A stretch of DNA of 60,186 bases, counting the filler. It is 8 parts of 8 records of this genome, joined end to end, with 100 filler letters (N's around TTAATTAATTAA, not from the genome) between each part and the next. Parts side by side here need not be neighbours in the genome. Positions count along the whole stretch, not along the records: positions 1 to 8,911 come from SRR31147125_11829; positions 9,012 to 14,789 come from SRR31147125_11875; 6 more parts are not named here. One strand, written 5' to 3'. The notes below the pieces were generated by a model that saw only the letters and a list, made by a program, of their open reading frames with translations, was not told the origin of the DNA and did not search any database. Both the position numbers and the translations under genes were made by a program. This document shows positions 1 through 11,760 of the stretch, in pieces (the stretch's first letter is position 1; the number at the start of each line of letters is the position of its first letter).

Positions 1-644
1 AAAAATGGATTTGGCTCTGAGATCCAGGGTCTCTGTTATTCTGGCGGGATACCAGCGGGCCGGATCATTGTTGTACTGGATGATTTCCTCATAGTTTTTG
101 ATTTCATAATCCGGGTCATCCATTTTTTTACACCTGACCCGGCTGTGTATGGCCGCACCTGTCCGGATATCGATTTTTGCCCTGCCCTGGAAGGCGAGCC
201 CCTGGGAATTGAAATGAAAGGTGTAAAGGGCGGTATCTTCCCTGACCTCAAGACCGGTCAGCCGGATTTCTGGCCCCATCTTTTTTTGAAAAAGGGAGCC
301 CTCGGCCAATTCCTCCAAAATGGCGGACGCCATCTGGTTGAATTCCGATTTAAACTGGGCGGTTTTGTCCTGGCCGTTGTCCATGTGGGAGACCAGTATT
401 ATCTGTGGCCGTCCCCCCTTTTTTCGGGTCATTTTTAACCGGGTGACCCGGGTTGAGACTGTTTTTTCCCGGGTGTCCCTTATCTTTTCCGTGGAAAGGA
501 TGGTTTCAGGAATCCAGCACCGGTTTTTTTCTGCGGTTTCCACGGCCCTGTCCCAATGGGTGCGGTCAATCTCCGAAGCCCATCCTGTGCCGGAAAATAA
601 AAAAAATATAGAGATGAATACAGGGAGAAAAAAGAGGGGATCAT
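1..644 (-). CDS. Secreted/periplasmic hypothetical protein, 3'-truncated by window start
   Basis: Frame open from ATG 644 (GGAAGG upstream) to the window edge: MIPLFFLPVFISIFFLFSGTGWASEIDRTHW..., with a signal-peptide-like N-terminus. The listed + strand ORFs here are its antisense shadows. Confidence 0.6.
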
Positions 645-959
645 GGGTATCCTTCCTTTGAATTAAACCCCTTGCCAGGGGCGTTGGGGGAAATGCCGGT
701 TTCCCGGGGAGAAATCCGGCGGTGCAAAACTTGCCCCTTTTACCACGGCCGACCTGCCTGGTCTGTTGGGTTTGTGTTGGAAGTCGTTAAGAATTGTATG
801 CTATACCCTTGTGCACCTGAATCCGGCAAAGATGGGGGCCAGGATAATTCCACAACGGCCCTGACCTGCCGGGCAGATCCAGAAGAAGGGATCGCGGTCT
901 GGGTTGCCTTTTTCTATGCCGTTTCAAGGCCCCGGATATGACAGTGGTTCACCTTAATG

Positions 960-1004
960 GTTTGATATAAAATTATTGACAACGGTTTTATATCAAACTA
1001 TTTT
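960..1004 (+). promoter_or_regulatory. MarR-type operator (13-bp inverted repeat) overlapping a sigma70 promoter
   Basis: GTTTGATATAAAA (960-972) and TTTTATATCAAAC (986-998) flank TTGACA (976-981). TATTTT lies 17 nt downstream of the -35. Confidence 0.7.
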
Positions 1005-1011
1005 CAGGGCC

Positions 1012-1446
1012 ATGGATAAAAAAACGGAAAAAAATACCCTGGTCCTGATCTCCAGGATCCGGTATCTGCTTAACAGGCAGATCATTTCCATGCTGGGGGA
1101 AAAGGGGGTTGAAGGGATCGCTTCATCCCACGCTGAAATTCTTTTCCTGTTGCACCGGAACGGGGAGTTGAGCATGACAAGGCTTTCCCACCGGTTGGGC
1201 CGGGATAAGTCCACCCTGACGGTATTGGTCCGTAAACTTGAATCCCTGGGGTATGTGGCGCGCAGGATTTCAGAGAAGGACCGGCGGGTCCATCTCCTGC
1301 GCCTGACCCCCAGGGCCGGGGAGTTTCATCCCCTGTTCGAAAAAATCGCAGACCTGGTGAATAAAAAGGCGTTGAAAGGATTCGACCCTGTGGAGGCAGA
1401 CAGGCTCCGCCTTTTTTTGACCCGGGTCCTGGACAACCTCTCTTGA
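1012..1446 (+). CDS. MarR family transcriptional regulator
   Basis: wHTH pattern ...LGRDKSTLTVLVRKLESLGYVARRISEKDRRVHLLRLT. Confidence 0.92.
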   Translation: MDKKTEKNTLVLISRIRYLLNRQIISMLGEKGVEGIASSHAEILFLLHRNGELSMTRLSHRLGRDKSTLTVLVRKLESLGYVARRISEKDRRVHLLRLTPRAGEFHPLFEKIADLVNKKALKGFDPVEADRLRLFLTRVLDNLS

Positions 1447-1559
1447 GGGCCATCCCCTTTGTTTGAAACCTATACGTTTTCCAGATAAGGAAAAAACCCA
1501 GAGAAAGACCGATGATGTTTAAATTTCCACGACGGACCCGGAACGGTCAGGGGGCCTCC

Positions 1560-2692
1560 ATGAAGCCTTTTGAACGCTGCCGGAGAACGGTTCAGCTTAT
1601 TTTTTTTCTGACTGCCCTGTTTATCGGATTCAGGTTCTGGCAGTTCACCCTTCAGCTTGATATGGGCAGGATCCCCGTCATTGAAAGGCCGCCGGGGTTG
1701 AAGCCTTTCTGCCCATCAGCGCCCTTTTGAGCCTCAAGCAGTTTTTGATGACCGGGGTGGTGAATCAGGTCCATCCTTCGGGGCTGATGATACTCGGGTT
1801 TATCACCCTTGCGGCGCTGTTGCTGAAAAAAAGTTTCTGTTCCTGGATCTGCCCCATAGGATGTCTGTCTGAAATACTGGGCCGGGTCCGGGCCCTGGTG
1901 TTTAAACGGGAGATCACGCTGCCGCCATGGGCGGATATCCCTTTAAGGGGGATAAAATACCTGGGGCTCACCATTTTTGTCTGGACCATTTTCTTCAAAA
2001 TGAATCTTTCGGCCGTTGAAGCCTTTGTCTACAGTTCCTTTAATATTATTTCAGACATTAAAATGCTCAGGTTTTTTACGGATATTTCCTTTACCTCGGT
2101 TTTGGTGATTTCGGCGATTGCGGGGCTCACCTTTGTTGTTCAGAATTTCTGGTGCCGTTATCTTTGCCCCTATGGTGCCTATCTGGGACTTGTGAGCCTT
2201 TTGAGCCCCTATAAGATCCGGCGGGAGCCTGCAGGCTGCACTTCGTGTAAAAAATGCACCCGGGCCTGTCCCGGTCATATCCGGGTGGATCGGCTTGACA
2301 CCGTAATGTCCGATGAATGCTTTGCCTGCGGTAAATGTATTGATGCCTGCCCTGAAAAAGGGGTGCTCAGCCTTTCCCTTTTGGGCCGGCGGGCAGCGGT
2401 TCGGCCCTGGGCGGCAGCCCTGGCCCTTTTGCTCATTTTCGGGGCCGGCAGCATTGGGGCCAGGTGGGCCGGCATGTGGCAGAACCGGGTGAGCGCCCGG
2501 GAATACCTTTCCCATATGGCAGTCACCGGCCTGATCCGGCCGGAGCGGATTGAAAACATGGCCCGGTTTGTGGCGCACCTGGATCAAAAGGGGAAAATTC
2601 GTTTCATGATGCAGATGAGAAAAAACAGGGCGGATCGTACCAAGGATGCCCCAGGGTCTTTTTCCGGCCATGGGAAGGGGCAAGGGTCATAG
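1560..2692 (+). CDS. 4Fe-4S binding membrane protein (NapH/YccM-like), frameshift near 1700
   Basis: FCSWICPIG, WCRYLCPYG, CTSCKKCTRACP and CFACGKCIDACP motifs plus TM helices. ORFs 1512-1730 and 1727-2692 join at the RPPGVEAFLP motif. Confidence 0.85.
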
Positions 2693-5569
2693 GTGCTGGA
2701 CGACTATTCTTTTTCCTTTGCCCCGTCTTCGTCAGCATCCAGCTCCATTATTTTACAGGCCCTGATATGCTCTTTGATCACCAGGGATGAATGGGGGGCG
2801 ACAAGTTTGGTGCCGGCGCAGATCTTTTTCCCAATGGTGACAACCGGTGGGGGGATCTAATGCGGCAGCCTCTTTTAACCCCGCCATCTCCCCTTTGATT
2901 TTTTCCAGGTGTGTATTCTCTTTGTCTATCTTGTCGTCAAAGGCTCCGATCTGCTCCATTAACCGGTCCTGGGAGATGAAAATTTTGTTTAATACGGCTT
3001 CAAATTCGGCCAGCTGCCCCTCAAGGGTTTTAAGCTCTTTTGTTTTCTGGGTCTTAAGGGATGGGGAGGACTCGACACCTGAAAGGGTTTCCCTCACCTC
3101 TTTGATCTGCCTCAGTTTTGATTCATGGGTGAATGAATGACTGGCCGCATGTTGATGGAGCCTGAACAATTTTTCCTCGGTTTCTTTTTTCTGGTTTTCC
3201 AGGTCCAGGATAGCGTCTTCCAGTTTTCGGATATCCGCTTCAACCCCCTTTAATAGAATCTGCATATGATCGTTGACCCCGATTTTGAGGGTGGAGCCGG
3301 CAGTGGTTTCCATGCCCACCTGGTTCAGGGTCTGTCCTTTTTTTGATGCAATGACCGATCCTGTGATCCTGCCGGTCTTATTGATGACCCTCCCGCTTGA
3401 AAAAATGGAGGAATCCATGATTTCCCGGGTCACCATCACATCTCCCCGTACACAGACCTTGGACCGTTTAAAGTGCATGGTGCGGATATTCCCCTGGACA
3501 TGGATGGTTGAGTTGGCAATACCCTGGGATACATTGAGATCTCCCAGAACATTGATGATACCGCCGTTGATGTTGGTGACGGTCAGATCCACACAATCCA
3601 CTGAGAAGCCCTCCCGGATGATGCCGGTAACCACCACATTCCCGGTGAAGTTGATATTTCCCGTCTTAAAATTCACATCCCCCTGGATGACCATCTCTTT
3701 GTGAACGGAAATGATCCCTTTGGGGTCGACCCGGGGTTGCCCATCCGTTTCTGCATAAATCCTGAGGCCGTCCTCGGACATCCGTGTCCCTTCTCCTGTG
3801 ATGAAGTTCTCTTCTTGCACCTCCAAAGGGGTAATGACTTCCCCAAAGACATCAAATCCGATTTTTCCTTTTTCAGCCGGGGTGAGTTCCGCCAGAAGTT
3901 CTCCAATCTTGACAAAGGGCACTTCCCCTCTTTTTTAAAGTCAATGGTGCCGTCATCCTCTATCAGTCCGGGACGCTGATACCGGGTGTTGAAAAGGTAT
4001 TCAATCCGGGCGTCCGTCCCTTCCACAGGCTTGCTGCCCATGGCCAGGAGAAATTTTTGATCCCCGGGTTTGGCGGTTTCCATAAATTTGTTGATCAGGC
4101 CCTGCTCCACCAGGCCGTGCCGGATCCTATAGGTATCTATCAGGGCCTGGATATCTTCCATGGTGACTTTTTGTTTTAATCTGCCCGGGATATGGATATG
4201 GGCCTGGGTTTTGTCCTTTGAAAACTCAAGGGCCAATTGCCCGGCAGCGGCCCTGGGATGCTGCCGGATCGGATGATCGGCCCTGTCCCCCCGGTTGTCC
4301 AGGTGTCTGAAACAGTCCTTTTTTGTCCCCTGGTCAATCAACCCGGTGACAGCTAAAAGTTCTCCGATGGATGTGCATGAACCGGTCTCATGGAAAAGAT
4401 TGGCCTGTTTGATGAAGAACTGCTGGACCTGGCGCTCGGATAAAAGGTCCGTTGCGATTAACCGGTCTGCCCCGTAACGATCTGCGATACGGGTGTCCAT
4501 GAACTGTTTTTTCATGAGGATTTTACCCAAACGGATCCGGTCCAGTAATCCCTTTTGCAGCAGAAGGTTTCCCATTTCGTAGTCGGGCAGGGGAGGGGCG
4601 GGTCCCCAATGGCCGCCGTCAATTGATCCGGATCAATGCCTCCTTCGGTTTGGGCCAGATCCAGAAAATCCTCCCCCGGTGTACCCTGTGCAAATTCAGA
4701 TTGGTCCAGATCCTTTTGGCCATGGTTGAAAAGCTCGGGTTCCGCATATTTCCATGTAAAATGAAGGATCTTGTCAATGATCTGATAGTTCGGTTCGCCA
4801 ATATCGGCCTGGTCCTTTTTTTTAGGATTTCATCAGGGTCCATGGATTGTGACGGGGGGGACAGGTCCCAGGCTGTGGCCATGGTGTCCATGACCTGGTC
4901 GATTCCTTTTTTGCAAATATGAAAAGAGTGCGCCAGTGACCCTTTATGGATGATGACATTTTTGGAAATCAGGTCGTGGAGGTTGAAAATGCCCTGGCCG
5001 GCTTTATTTTCCTTTTCCTTTTTCTCAATTTTGGTTTTCAGGGCACGGATGATGGCCGCTTTTTCATGGATTTCATTCAAAAATTTTTTGCCGGCCTGTT
5101 TAGAGGAAAAGGCCAGTTTATACAGGCTGGCATTCTGATGTTCAATGGTCTTGCGATACCTTTTCCTGGATTCGGCTTTATCAAACATGAAAAGCTCGTG
5201 GTCGATTTTCACAAGGAGGTCGTCATTGTCCCAGGGCTTGGAAATAAAATGGTGTACCGCACCTGTATTCACCGATGAAATGGCGATGTCCACTGATTTA
5301 TGTCCGGTCATGAGCATTCGCCGGGTGGCAGGGGATATTCTGGCGATGGTTTTAAAAAACTGGGTGCCGCTCATGCCGGGCATGACTTGATCGCTGATAA
5401 TGAGGCTGAAGGGCGTGGCTGAGGATTCAACAATGTCAAGGGCCTGCTTGGCGGACATGGATGTGACCACATTCGAAATACCATGGTGTTTGATCACCCG
5501 TCTGAGGACATTCAAGATGGTTTCGCTGTCATCAAGGACCAGAATTCGGTTTTTCTGAGTTTCCGCCAT
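2687..5569 (-). CDS. Response regulator receiver domain fused to FapA/DUF342 domain (one gene split by several frameshifts)
   Basis: N-terminal REC (ILVLDD...IISDQVMPGMSG...ISKPW) and C-terminal DUF342 (IQGDVNFKTGNINFTGNVVVTG, beta-helix, coiled coil). Shifting frame at homopolymers near 4825, 4590, 3930 and 2850 gives continuous sense. Confidence 0.75.
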
Positions 5570-5571
5570 GG

Positions 5572-6312
5572 TTAATTCCACAGATTCTTCATGTCCAGGT
5601 CAATATTGCTTCGGGATGCAATCCCGGTCAGCTGCTCAAGGAGTTCGTCCAGGACATGTACGTAGAGGGTATTCAGCCGTTCCTGGTTCAGAGGCCCGTT
5701 CTGCCGGATCATCTCCTGTAGGCATTTTTGTTCCTGTTCCCAGAGGGCTTCAGACCCAGGGTGGAGACGGCTTAAATCCTGTTCAAGGGACTGAATCCGG
5801 GTGTCCAGATCTGCGATTTTTAATTTGTGGGCATTGATGTTGGCCAGGAGCTGCTTTTTCAGTGTATACAGCTTTTTATTCTGGACCTTTGCGGTTTTAA
5901 AAAGAAATCGTTCCTCCTGGATCAGTTCAAAATCTTCCAGGCTCTGTTTAACGGTGTCCAAAAGCAGGGTATTTTCCCAGGGTTTTTTGATAATCTTGTG
6001 AACACGTCCAAGGTTAATGGCCTGGACAATATTGTCCAGGGAATCACATTCTGTAATCAGATACCGGATGGAATCCGGAGAGCGGCGGACGGTTTCCCTT
6101 AAAAATTCGTGGCCCTGGATGCCGGGCATTCCTTCGTCTGAAATGATGATGGAAAAGGGGGCCTCCCTTTGATGGATCTTTTCAAGGCCGGCTTCTCCGG
6201 ATGGGGCATGGATGACCCTGATATTTTCATCAGAAAATAGATCGCCCATGAGTTTTCCGATGCTCTGGTCCTCATCCACCACCAGTATGCTATGGGAAAA
6301 TGGTTTATCCAT
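5572..6312 (-). CDS. Response regulator (REC plus coiled-coil output)
   Basis: ILVVDED...IISDEGMPG...IKKPW. Confidence 0.85.
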   Translation of the reverse strand: MDKPFSHSILVVDEDQSIGKLMGDLFSDENIRVIHAPSGEAGLEKIHQREAPFSIIISDEGMPGIQGHEFLRETVRRSPDSIRYLITECDSLDNIVQAINLGRVHKIIKKPWENTLLLDTVKQSLEDFELIQEERFLFKTAKVQNKKLYTLKKQLLANINAHKLKIADLDTRIQSLEQDLSRLHPGSEALWEQEQKCLQEMIRQNGPLNQERLNTLYVHVLDELLEQLTGIASRSNIDLDMKNLWN

Positions 6313-6706
6313 GGGGCATTGCCTTGAATCCCTGTTTCAATAAACAAGACATCGGGGTAATTGGGTTGTGATAAAAATTGCCGATCCGGAACAGAAGACA
6401 GCATTAAATCAACAAGGTGTCGGAAATCTATCGGGTTGACACATATTATAATCAGGTTTTTTGTGAAAAAAAAGGGAAAACCCAATATCCTGTTTCCTTC
6501 GGGGGCATTTGTGACGGGTGTATTTGAATGAAACAAGACAAAATGAAATTAAAGGTCCGGCTGGATCAGGTTTTCCGTGATCCTGTCGATGGGCAGGGGG
6601 CGGGATGGTGCCGGCCTGCTCCGGGGCGGTGGGGCTGCTGTCTGGCCGTCCTGCAACCCGGGGGCCGGGCTTGGAAGTCGGTTCGTATGATCAAATCCGG
6701 ATCCAT

Positions 6707-7225
6707 TTATCTTGAATTTTCCTGTATCTGTCTGGCTTCATGGTCACCAATGCCAATGGAAATTAAAAAATCATAATGGGCCGCTGAAGACAGCCGCTCA
6801 AACTCTTTATGCCAATTATTCATATCATCATCAGACATACCCGAAGCCTCTAACAGGGAAACCCAGTCCTTTTTATCTATGATTCCAAACTTTTTTTGGG
6901 TTGTTTCATTCCGGATGATTTCCAATATGGCGAATTGCTGTTGTTTTAATTCCTGGATTTTTTCAGTCAGCTTTTGGAGCTGTTTTTCAAGAATGCCTGC
7001 GACCTTATGTTCAGTCAGTTGGTTTATTTGTTTTATTTCATCTGTGGGAATTCCCATTCCCCGGTAATGACAAATTTTTTTCAACAATTTCCGGTCATCC
7101 TCTGAATATTGCCGATAACCGCTATTGCTGCGTGAAGCAGGTTTAAGTAAATGTATTGAATCATAATAGAGCAGGGTACTTCTGGAAAGCCCGAATTTCT
7201 TTGCCAGCTGGCTTATTGAATACAT
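6707..7225 (-). CDS. MerR family transcriptional regulator
   Basis: MYSISQLAKKFGLSRSTLLYYDSIHLLKP...SGYRQY HTH followed by a coiled coil. Confidence 0.92.
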   Translation of the reverse strand: MYSISQLAKKFGLSRSTLLYYDSIHLLKPASRSNSGYRQYSEDDRKLLKKICHYRGMGIPTDEIKQINQLTEHKVAGILEKQLQKLTEKIQELKQQQFAILEIIRNETTQKKFGIIDKKDWVSLLEASGMSDDDMNNWHKEFERLSSAAHYDFLISIGIGDHEARQIQENSR

Positions 7226-7310
7226 CTTATCTACCCTTATAAATTAATCGTTAAAGCCCGTAATCCCCCTATATCTCCAGCGTATTTTGTCCCTTGGGGC
7301 AACCTGGCTG

Positions 7311-8577
7311 TCACACCTTGGCCAAAAGCGTTTTAAATTCATTTTGACGCAGAATACAGAATAGAATTAACATCAATAAAAGACCATTTATCATTAGGAT
7401 GCCCGGAACAATCATGCCTGCATCTGTAAGGTGTTTTCGCAGGATGTCCATTGTAATGCCATATACCCCCAGAGCGACGGGGATTGTCGCGTTAGCCAAA
7501 GTTCCAATCACTCCGAATACCCTTCCGAGGAATTCTTCATGGGTTCTTTTTTGAATTATGGTCTCCAAGTTCACAATAATTATTCCGATGATAGCACCTA
7601 ATACGCCAAGAAAAATCATTGATAGTATTGGGTGGGTAAATGTGCCCAGGGCCACGAAAATCAGGGCGGACAGAAAAAAGTTGGCAGTTATGAAATTATA
7701 ATTTTTATTTCCCTCCGGATTGATCGTCCCTGCGACAGCGAATCCGCCGATTATACCCAGGCCAAAACCTGCCATGAGAAATCCGGTCCATTCATCGCCC
7801 AAAGCCAATGTGTCTGAAACGAAATAGGGTATAAGAATCGGCAGCGGTCCGATAAAAAAATGATAGATGGCAATGACAATTAAAAAATTTTTTAACCCTT
7901 TATGCTTATGGATATAGAGAACCCCGTCCCTTAAATCGGCGGTTGCTTTTTTAAAACTGATATTGCCGACATTCTTTTTGGGCGGGTCATCTTTTTTAAT
8001 GAACATTTCGCTAATGCCGGAAAATAGGTAGCTCATCCCATTCAAAAGAAAAATCAGGGGGCCGCCGAGCAGAATGAATAAGGCTCCGCCAATGCTTTGT
8101 CCCAGTATCATACCGCTGTTTTTACCTGCCTGATAAAGCGAATTGGCAGAATGAAGCCTTTCCTCTGGCACTAATTTAGGGATAAATGCGGATACTGCGG
8201 GGTTAAAAAGAGCCATCAGAATGCCAAGCAAGGCTGATACGAAGAATAATAGAATTATGGAATCGGACGCATCAATCAGATTAAAAATCAGTAACAGGCC
8301 AAAGGTGGCCAGCAGTATTCCGCTCAATAAATCCGTTATGACAATGATCTGTTTTCTAAGCGTATCTGTCAGCAATTACGCCCCCCAAAGGCCCGAATAA
8401 AATTTTGGGCAGTGTGCTGGCAATCATGATCAACCCAATTAAACTCGCCGCTCCGGTTTGGTTTTTTAGCCATAAAATCATCGCTAAATCGAATACATAT
8501 GTTCCAAAATTACTAACAAATTGTCCCTGCCACAACAATAAAAATGAAGTGTTGAGCAGGTTTTTGTTTTTTTTCAT
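7311..8577 (-). CDS. MFS transporter (DHA3/MefA-like), frameshift near 8370
   Basis: FLLLWQGQFVSNFG, GGVIAD and EFLGRVFG motifs, about 12 TM segments. ORFs 8356-8655 and 7311-8375 join. Confidence 0.88.
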
Positions 8578-8611
8578 GGTCCAGTCCTTAAATTGATTTT
8601 TGATGGCTGCA

Positions 8612-8642
8612 ACCATAAAGGGTGAAGCTATAGACGGGTCAA
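8612..8642 (-). promoter_or_regulatory. MerR-type promoter with 19-bp spacer
   Basis: Minus strand TTGACC-N19-TATGGT upstream of the MFS-MerR unit. The spacer contains an imperfect dyad around CTATAG. Confidence 0.65.
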
Positions 8643-8731
8643 GGGGTCGAACCATGTTTTTTGGGGGGGGCTGACAAGCGGAAAAGGGGATCTTTCAGCC
8701 AGCGGGCTTACAGGTTTGGACACGCCAAACA

Positions 8732-8763
8732 CCCCCGGCAGTTTAAGAACCACTGCCGGGGGC
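8732..8763. terminator. Stem-loop downstream of cbiK
   Basis: CCCCCGGCAGT...ACTGCCGGGGG inverted repeat. Confidence 0.55.
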
Positions 8764-8790
8764 GCAGGCTTCCGGTAAACGGGCAGGGGA

Positions 8791-8911
8791 TTAGAAATGG
8801 TTTAAGGGGCCCTTGAGATGGTCCACCCAGATATCTACGTAGTCATCGTACTCTGCCGTGCCTTTAAGGATAATATGGCATTTGATCCCGGCTGCGGTGA
8901 GCAGGTGTTTC
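8791..8911 (-). CDS. cbiK: Sirohydrochlorin cobaltochelatase C-terminus (partial)
   Basis: ...LLTAAGIKCHIILKGTAEYDDYVDIWVDHL...stop resembles the CbiK C-terminus. Confidence 0.6.
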
Positions 8912-9011
8912 NNNNNNNNNNNNNNNNNNNNNNNNNNNNNNNNNNNNNNNNNNNNTTAATTAATTAANNNNNNNNNNNNNNNNNNNNNNNNNNNNNNNNN
9001 NNNNNNNNNNN
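8912..9011. other. Artificial contig spacer (repeated at 14790, 24639, 31564, 36915, 43862, 52691)
   Basis: N44-TTAATTAATTAA-N44. Composition and gene content change at the spacers. Confidence 0.98.
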
Positions 9012-9826
9012 AAATGCTCACCCAGTGGTACACCCAACATGCAGTTGATTTTATAAACAGACATAAAGACGAGCCATTTTTTCTGTATGTCCCCCACTCT
9101 ATGCCGCATGTGCCAATTTTCTGTAGCGAAGAATTTAAAGGGAAATCGGGCGTTGGTTTGTATGGCGATGTTATGTTAGAATTAGACTGGTCGGTTGGGC
9201 AAATAAATAAAGCCTTAAAAGACAATGGAATTGACGAGAATACCATCGTAATATTTTCTTCGGATAATGGTCCCTGGATTTCGTATGGAAACCATGCCGG
9301 AACAACGCCTTTCCGCGAGGCAAAAGCAACTACATTTGATGGAGGAACACGCTCGGCAACTATTATAAAATACCCGGCAAAATTAAAAGGCAACCAACAA
9401 TCTGAACGGGCTGCAATGACCATTGATTTGCTGCCAACACTCTGCAATATTGCCAATGTGCCATTACCTGAATCGGAAATTGATGGAAGAAATGTTTGGG
9501 ATGTGCTACAAGGCAAAGAAGATGCTAAAAATCCACACGATTATTATGCCTTTACAACCGACAAACACTTCGAGGCAGTAATGAGTGGCGATGGAAAATG
9601 GAAGCTGCACTTGCCTCACAATTATCGTACAATGACCGATATTAAAGGCAAAGACGGAATGCCCGGCAAATACGATTATTCAGTAAAAATTGAACTTTCG
9701 CTTTTCGATATGGAAAACGATCCCTATGAAACAACCAATGTTATTGAGAAATATCCTGAGGTTGCCGAACAGTTAGTGAACTTTGCAGAGTTACATAAGG
9801 AGAAGTTCTTTTCGGAAAAAGAATAG
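9012..9826 (+). CDS. Arylsulfatase (5'-partial)
   Basis: PFFLYVPHSMPHVP, IFSSDNGP, WKLH and LFDMENDPYE motifs. Confidence 0.9.
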
Positions 9827-9988
9827 AAACCACCTCTACAGATAAAGCAATTGGTATATTTTAATGCCGGTTGCTTTATCAAAACATATTAACCGACACT
9901 TTAATCCATACCTCCTGAACCTTTCTGGGTTACTTTCGTATTAATCAATTGATATCTAAGCAATTGTTTATTCCTAAGAACTCAAAAT

Positions 9989-11656
9989 ATGAATTTTTTA
10001 CGTCTTTCAATAATCCTTCTTTTTATTTCCGTTCAGGTTCAGGCACAAGAATTTACTCTTCCAACAAAACTGATATCGGCTTATTTAGACGAATCAAAAG
10101 CATCTGAACTTTCCAGTGTAGACTTTATTCTGCACACAACAATAAAAGACAATGGTTCGGGGAAATTTACTTTGGAAAATAACGATACAGAAAAAAGTTT
10201 TGAATTAGCGCCTTTGTCTTATCCCGACTTTAAATCAAAACTGAATTGGGCAATAACACAAATTTTAAATGCACAAAGCATAGTCTCAAAAAATCCCGAA
10301 AACGCCGTATTAGAACATCATGCAAATCAACTTTTTACTTCAATAATGTTTTTCTCTCGTATAACAAATGAAAAACCACAGGTGGCAACTATTAGCTTGA
10401 AAGAACCTCCAATAGCAGTTTACACTAAATACAAGCGAGTAAAAGAAGACAAAGAGAAAGACAGAGAAGTAAAAGACACAATAGCAAGTCTTCAAAATTT
10501 TAGTGCCGACATTACTTTTGTGGAAGGCTTTATTGAAAAAATTCAGGTAAAAGGAGAGTTGACTGATAATGCCAAAACCAAGGTAATTTTTGCAAATAAA
10601 TTTTCGATAGGAATTAGTTCTGCTAAAAATATAAAAAGACTCAAGGATATTCCTCTATCTTCTATTGAGCTCTATACTAAAAAAGAGATTTACAGCTTAA
10701 CCGACACAACTATTGAAAGAACTACAAAAGCTCCTCTTCTTCAAAAAACAAAATCGAAAAATTTCTATTTACGCGTAAAAGTTGGTAATGTAATTCAATA
10801 TGTAAATAAAATTGACATTCACTCTCACGACATTAGCCCGGCTTCTGTAAAAGTAGAGCTTAATCACCTTAATAAAAGTCAAAAATTATTTAGAGAAGAA
10901 TCGTCTAAACTAATTGAAGCAAAAGTATATTCTGATTTACTGGGATTGATGGACGAAGAAAATCCCAATGGAGTAGTACAAATTGAAGTGGATAAAAAAT
11001 TTAATCTCAATACCTATAGAAAAGTGCTCTGTAATACCAGGGCCGGAAGAGGATGGTTCCAATATATTTCCACACGATTTAGATATGCAAAACTTGAGGC
11101 CGACAACAAATATTTCGCTCCTAACGAAAACTTCGGGAATGACATTACTAATTTGCCTTTCTACTCCCCTCTTTCCGTATTACAAAACAGAAATTACGTT
11201 GTAGGCAGTAACCTCAACATTTATTTTATTGAACACCCCGATTATAAGATGAATTTTAATATTGATGCAGGATTATTATTCGGCCGCACAGGGCTTCAGC
11301 AATCAATAGCGGGGCCAAACGAATTTTATGCCAACAATATTGAAATTCCATTGGAACTGGGAGTCCATATTGTTCCTGAGAAAAGATTTAAAATGTCGTT
11401 AATTAATCAAACTTCATATTTTAAAGTACTGAATAACGATGTTTATTTGAGGTCGTCAAACAATAACGAAATTAAGTTTTTTGATAACTTTTTAAATACA
11501 TTCAGACTAGGTATCGACTTTGATCTTTCTGATACCGGAAAACTATTCTTCAGGTACAGTTTTATTCATGAACTAACTCACCTAAAAAATAACTTCTCGC
11601 AGTTACAATTGGGCTACTCTTTTTATTTATTGAAACGTAATAGTTTGCCGGAATAA
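9989..11656 (+). CDS. Secreted hypothetical protein, possible C-terminal outer-membrane beta-barrel
   Basis: Signal peptide (VQAQ), AT-rich, amphipathic beta-strands ending QLQLGYSF. Confidence 0.65.
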   Translation: MNFLRLSIILLFISVQVQAQEFTLPTKLISAYLDESKASELSSVDFILHTTIKDNGSGKFTLENNDTEKSFELAPLSYPDFKSKLNWAITQILNAQSIVSKNPENAVLEHHANQLFTSIMFFSRITNEKPQVATISLKEPPIAVYTKYKRVKEDKEKDREVKDTIASLQNFSADITFVEGFIEKIQVKGELTDNAKTKVIFANKFSIGISSAKNIKRLKDIPLSSIELYTKKEIYSLTDTTIERTTKAPLLQKTKSKNFYLRVKVGNVIQYVNKIDIHSHDISPASVKVELNHLNKSQKLFREESSKLIEAKVYSDLLGLMDEENPNGVVQIEVDKKFNLNTYRKVLCNTRAGRGWFQYISTRFRYAKLEADNKYFAPNENFGNDITNLPFYSPLSVLQNRNYVVGSNLNIYFIEHPDYKMNFNIDAGLLFGRTGLQQSIAGPNEFYANNIEIPLELGVHIVPEKRFKMSLINQTSYFKVLNNDVYLRSSNNNEIKFFDNFLNTFRLGIDFDLSDTGKLFFRYSFIHELTHLKNNFSQLQLGYSFYLLKRNSLPE

Positions 11657-11760
11657 TCCCCTATTATTGGTCATTGGTTTTCATCGAACTTCGTGTTTTA
11701 AAATTAATGCGGTTCGGAAACCGCATCACCCTCTTAGTGCTTCAGTCTTCCAGCTTCATC

